From Rhabdothermincola salaria (lineage in GTDB: Bacteria > Actinomycetota > Acidimicrobiia > Acidimicrobiales > Acidimicrobilacustridaceae): a stretch of DNA of 64,000 nucleotides. This document shows positions 61,699-64,000 of the stretch, in pieces. The notes beneath the pieces were generated by a model. It saw only the letters and a list, made by a program, of their open reading frames with translations, made no database searches and was not told the origin of the DNA. Each line of letters opens with the position of its first letter. The first letter of the stretch is position 1. A program made the position numbers and the translations under genes. The DNA is taken from the NCBI RefSeq assembly GCF_021246445.1, contig NZ_JAJQXW010000002.1, positions 434,001-498,000 on the forward strand, written 5' to 3'.

Positions 61699-62682
61699 TC
61701 AGCGCGACGGCTCGGCGACCGGTGTGCCCGCGGCGGGGCTGCGGTAGTGGTGGGCCGCCGGGTTCGGGGCGTGGGAGCCGGGAGCCAGGTCGATGACGAC
61801 CCGACATCCCGGGTCGCCGACGGCGATGCGCTCCTCGAGCAGCACCGCCGCGCCATCGTCGCGGTTGGCCGCCGCGATCCCACCGAACACGCTCGACGTC
61901 ATGCGGCACAGCGACGGTGCCCGGGTCACGACGTCGCCGAACGGGCAGCGGTCGTTGCCGAGCACGATGCGGTCGTCGCTGACCTCGATCACGTAGAAGG
62001 CACCGTCGATCGCGTGCTTGAGGCGGACGTAGCACTCGGCGAGCTGCTGAGCCGAGAGGTGGCCGACCACCTCGGCCGCCGCCCGGTACTCGTTCTCCAT
62101 GCTGCCCCCGACGTCGATGCCGACCTGGGCCACCGCCGCCTCGGCCGCGTCCGGACCCCGCTGTTCCTCCACCGATGCCGCCAGCTGGACGACGAGGGCG
62201 CGTAGGAAGGGCTCGCGGCCGAAGCCGCCATCGGGACGGGCCTCGTCGGGAGCGGGCAGGGCGTCGATGCGGTGGCGGGGGGGATCGAGGTCCGCGGCGG
62301 TGGGCCGGTTGACGGGCAGGGTGGCGCTCACGTGGGAGCCGCGGTGGCTGCGGCGACGCACCGCCAGGCCCCGGGACAACCGATCGGCCAGGAACAGCCC
62401 GCGGCCACCCACCGAGAGGTGGTCTTCGGGGAGGGCCGCCTGCAGGTCGAAGCCGGGGCCCAGGTCCTGGACGGAGAGCAGCGGGTTGGTGCCGCTCCAG
62501 GTGAGCGACACCCAGGCCACGCCTTCGGTGTGGCGCTCGACGTTGGAGAGCAGCTCGGAGATGGTGATCTCCGCCCCGGCGAAGTCGTCGGCGGGGTCGC
62601 CGTGGCGTTGCAGGTAGTCCATGACCTGGTGGCGGAGATCGGAGCCGGAGCCGGCGACCCGGGTGTCGAGGAACCACTCCAT
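61699..62682 (-). CDS. RsbW-like HATPase_c domain fused to methanogen output domain 1 (MetOD1/V4R-like)
   Basis: N-terminal SELLSNVERH, VQDLGPGF, GGRGL. C-terminal FLRALV..LA, CPFG, LCRMTSSVFG, IAVGDPGCRV. Confidence 0.75.
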   Translation of the reverse strand: MEWFLDTRVAGSGSDLRHQVMDYLQRHGDPADDFAGAEITISELLSNVERHTEGVAWVSLTWSGTNPLLSVQDLGPGFDLQAALPEDHLSVGGRGLFLADRLSRGLAVRRRSHRGSHVSATLPVNRPTAADLDPPRHRIDALPAPDEARPDGGFGREPFLRALVVQLAASVEEQRGPDAAEAAVAQVGIDVGGSMENEYRAAAEVVGHLSAQQLAECYVRLKHAIDGAFYVIEVSDDRIVLGNDRCPFGDVVTRAPSLCRMTSSVFGGIAAANRDDGAAVLLEERIAVGDPGCRVVIDLAPGSHAPNPAAHHYRSPAAGTPVAEPSR

Positions 62683-62826
62683 GAGTCGCCACGGTAGGCC
62701 TGTCGCGCCCCTCCTCGTCGATCCACTCGGCGGTGCGGCGGGAGGTCGGCGACGTCCGGCTCGGCGCCTCTGCCAAACAGGCGTTAGGGTGATGCCGATC
62801 ACCACGTCTGCTCGGAGGAGCTCGCC

Positions 62827-63585
62827 ATGGGGCAGTTCGACGGCAAAGTGGTCCTCGTCACGGGGGCCGCGTCAGGCATCGGACGAGCCTCGGTGCGGCT
62901 CTTCGCCGGTGAGGGTGCCCAGGTCGTGGCAGCCGACATCGACCTCGACGGGGCCGAGCAGACTGCCGAGCTCGTGCGCGCGGCCGGGGGTGATGCGCTG
63001 GCCGTGCCGGTCGACGTGGCCGACAGCGCGGCGGTGGCCGAGATGGTGGCGCGCACCGTGGAGACCTACGGGCGTCTGGACGTGGCCCACAACAACGCCG
63101 GCATCATGGGCGCCGGCGCCGACGTCGCCGACATGGACGACGACGTGTGGCAGCGGGGCATCGACGTCATGCTCAGCGGCGTCTTCTACTGCATGAAGCA
63201 CGAGATCCCGCACCTCGAGGCCGCCGGCGGCGGTGCCATCGTGAACACCTCGTCAGGAGCCGGCCTCATCGGTTTCCCCGGCCAGGCCAACTACGTGGCG
63301 GCCAAGCACGGGGTCATCGGCCTCACCCGGTCGGTGGCCCTCGAGGTCATCGGCAAGGGCATCCGCGTCAACGCCATCTGTCCGGGCACCGCCCGCTCCC
63401 GCATGGTCGACGAGTGGATGCAGGGCAGCGCCGAGGCCGAGGCCGAGATCGCCGGCCTGCACCCCATCGGGCGCATCGCCGAGCCCGAGGAGATCGCCCA
63501 GGCCGCCGTCTGGCTGGCCTCCCCCGCCGCCTCGTTCGTGGTGGGCGTGGCCCTGCCCGTCGACGGCGGCTACACGGTCCCCTGA
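62827..63585 (+). CDS. short-chain dehydrogenase/reductase
   Basis: TGAASGIG, NNAG, YVAAKHG, NAICPG, VDGG. Confidence 0.95.
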   Translation: MGQFDGKVVLVTGAASGIGRASVRLFAGEGAQVVAADIDLDGAEQTAELVRAAGGDALAVPVDVADSAAVAEMVARTVETYGRLDVAHNNAGIMGAGADVADMDDDVWQRGIDVMLSGVFYCMKHEIPHLEAAGGGAIVNTSSGAGLIGFPGQANYVAAKHGVIGLTRSVALEVIGKGIRVNAICPGTARSRMVDEWMQGSAEAEAEIAGLHPIGRIAEPEEIAQAAVWLASPAASFVVGVALPVDGGYTVP

Positions 63586-63667
63586 CCGGCTGCCGCCCTG
63601 GCCCGCCCGGCAGCGCGCCGAGACCGACCATCCCCGCTCCATCCCTCCGTCTCACCCAGGAGTCCCC

Positions 63668-64000
63668 GTGACCTCGGAATCGCAGCAGATCCGCGAGCAG
63701 CTCGACCACCCGATCATCGATGCGGACGGCCACGTGCAGGAGTATCTGCCGGCCGCCATGCCCTACCTGCGCGAGGCGCTGGGGCCGAAGAAGTTCGAGG
63801 AGTACCGGGCCCAGACCAGCCAGCACGACAGCATCATCGGTGGCCACGACTGGGAGCGCCGTCAGCGCACCCGCACACCGCAGAGCGCCTGGTGGGGCAC
63901 GCCGGGCAACACCCGCGACCTCGCCACGGCCGCCATCCCGGGCCTGCTGCACGAGCGCATGGACGAGTTCGGCATCGACTACTCGATCCTCTTCCCGTCC
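63668..64000 (+). CDS. amidohydrolase_2 family protein (partial)
   Basis: HPIIDADGHVQE ... ERMDEFGIDYSILFPS. Runs off the window end. Confidence 0.85.
   Translation, partial: MTSESQQIREQLDHPIIDADGHVQEYLPAAMPYLREALGPKKFEEYRAQTSQHDSIIGGHDWERRQRTRTPQSAWWGTPGNTRDLATAAIPGLLHERMDEFGIDYSILFPS

Overview
A very high-GC actinobacterial chromosome segment (gene content and style suggest class Acidimicrobiia, by inference) spanning the replication origin. The core origin cluster is tRNA-Ile, gyrA, gyrB, dciA, recF, dnaN, oriC, dnaA, rpmH, rnpA, yidD, yidC, jag, an inverted rsmG between two parS sites, parA and parB. It is followed by a CwlM-like amidase, trxA, trxB, ECF sigma/anti-sigma, Ser/Thr kinase, DegV, DUF6049, GNAT, HDAC, CCA-adding enzyme, DUF5318, class A PBP, panB, the rpsF-ssb-rpsR-rplI operon, and dnaB carrying a 427-aa LAGLIDADG intein. 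The rest is accessory and metabolic: tandem acidic lipoproteins, D-aminoacylase, class I aldolase, K+/H+ antiporter, stand-alone LigD primase-polymerase, fused ABC exporter, ino1/LysR, a second ECF pair, CsbD, purU, an HATPase-MetOD1 fusion, SDR and an amidohydrolase. I saw no CRISPR array, prophage, IS element or recognisable defence island. Strongest second-look items: (i) a candidate Thermus-style rnpA that encloses rpmH and has its own SD+ATG, or alternatively CTG re-initiation, a pattern that recurs at trxA/cwlM; (ii) an unlisted small ORF whose start abuts the 3' end of a CCA-less tRNA-Ile; (iii) inverted rsmG plus 1.4 kb of apparently non-coding DNA between parS sites; (iv) DnaA-box clusters outside oriC; (v) a Cys-less S18 with a (DRG)7 tail; (vi) the RsbW-like/MetOD1 fusion. 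All family assignments come from motif recognition by eye, not from database searches.
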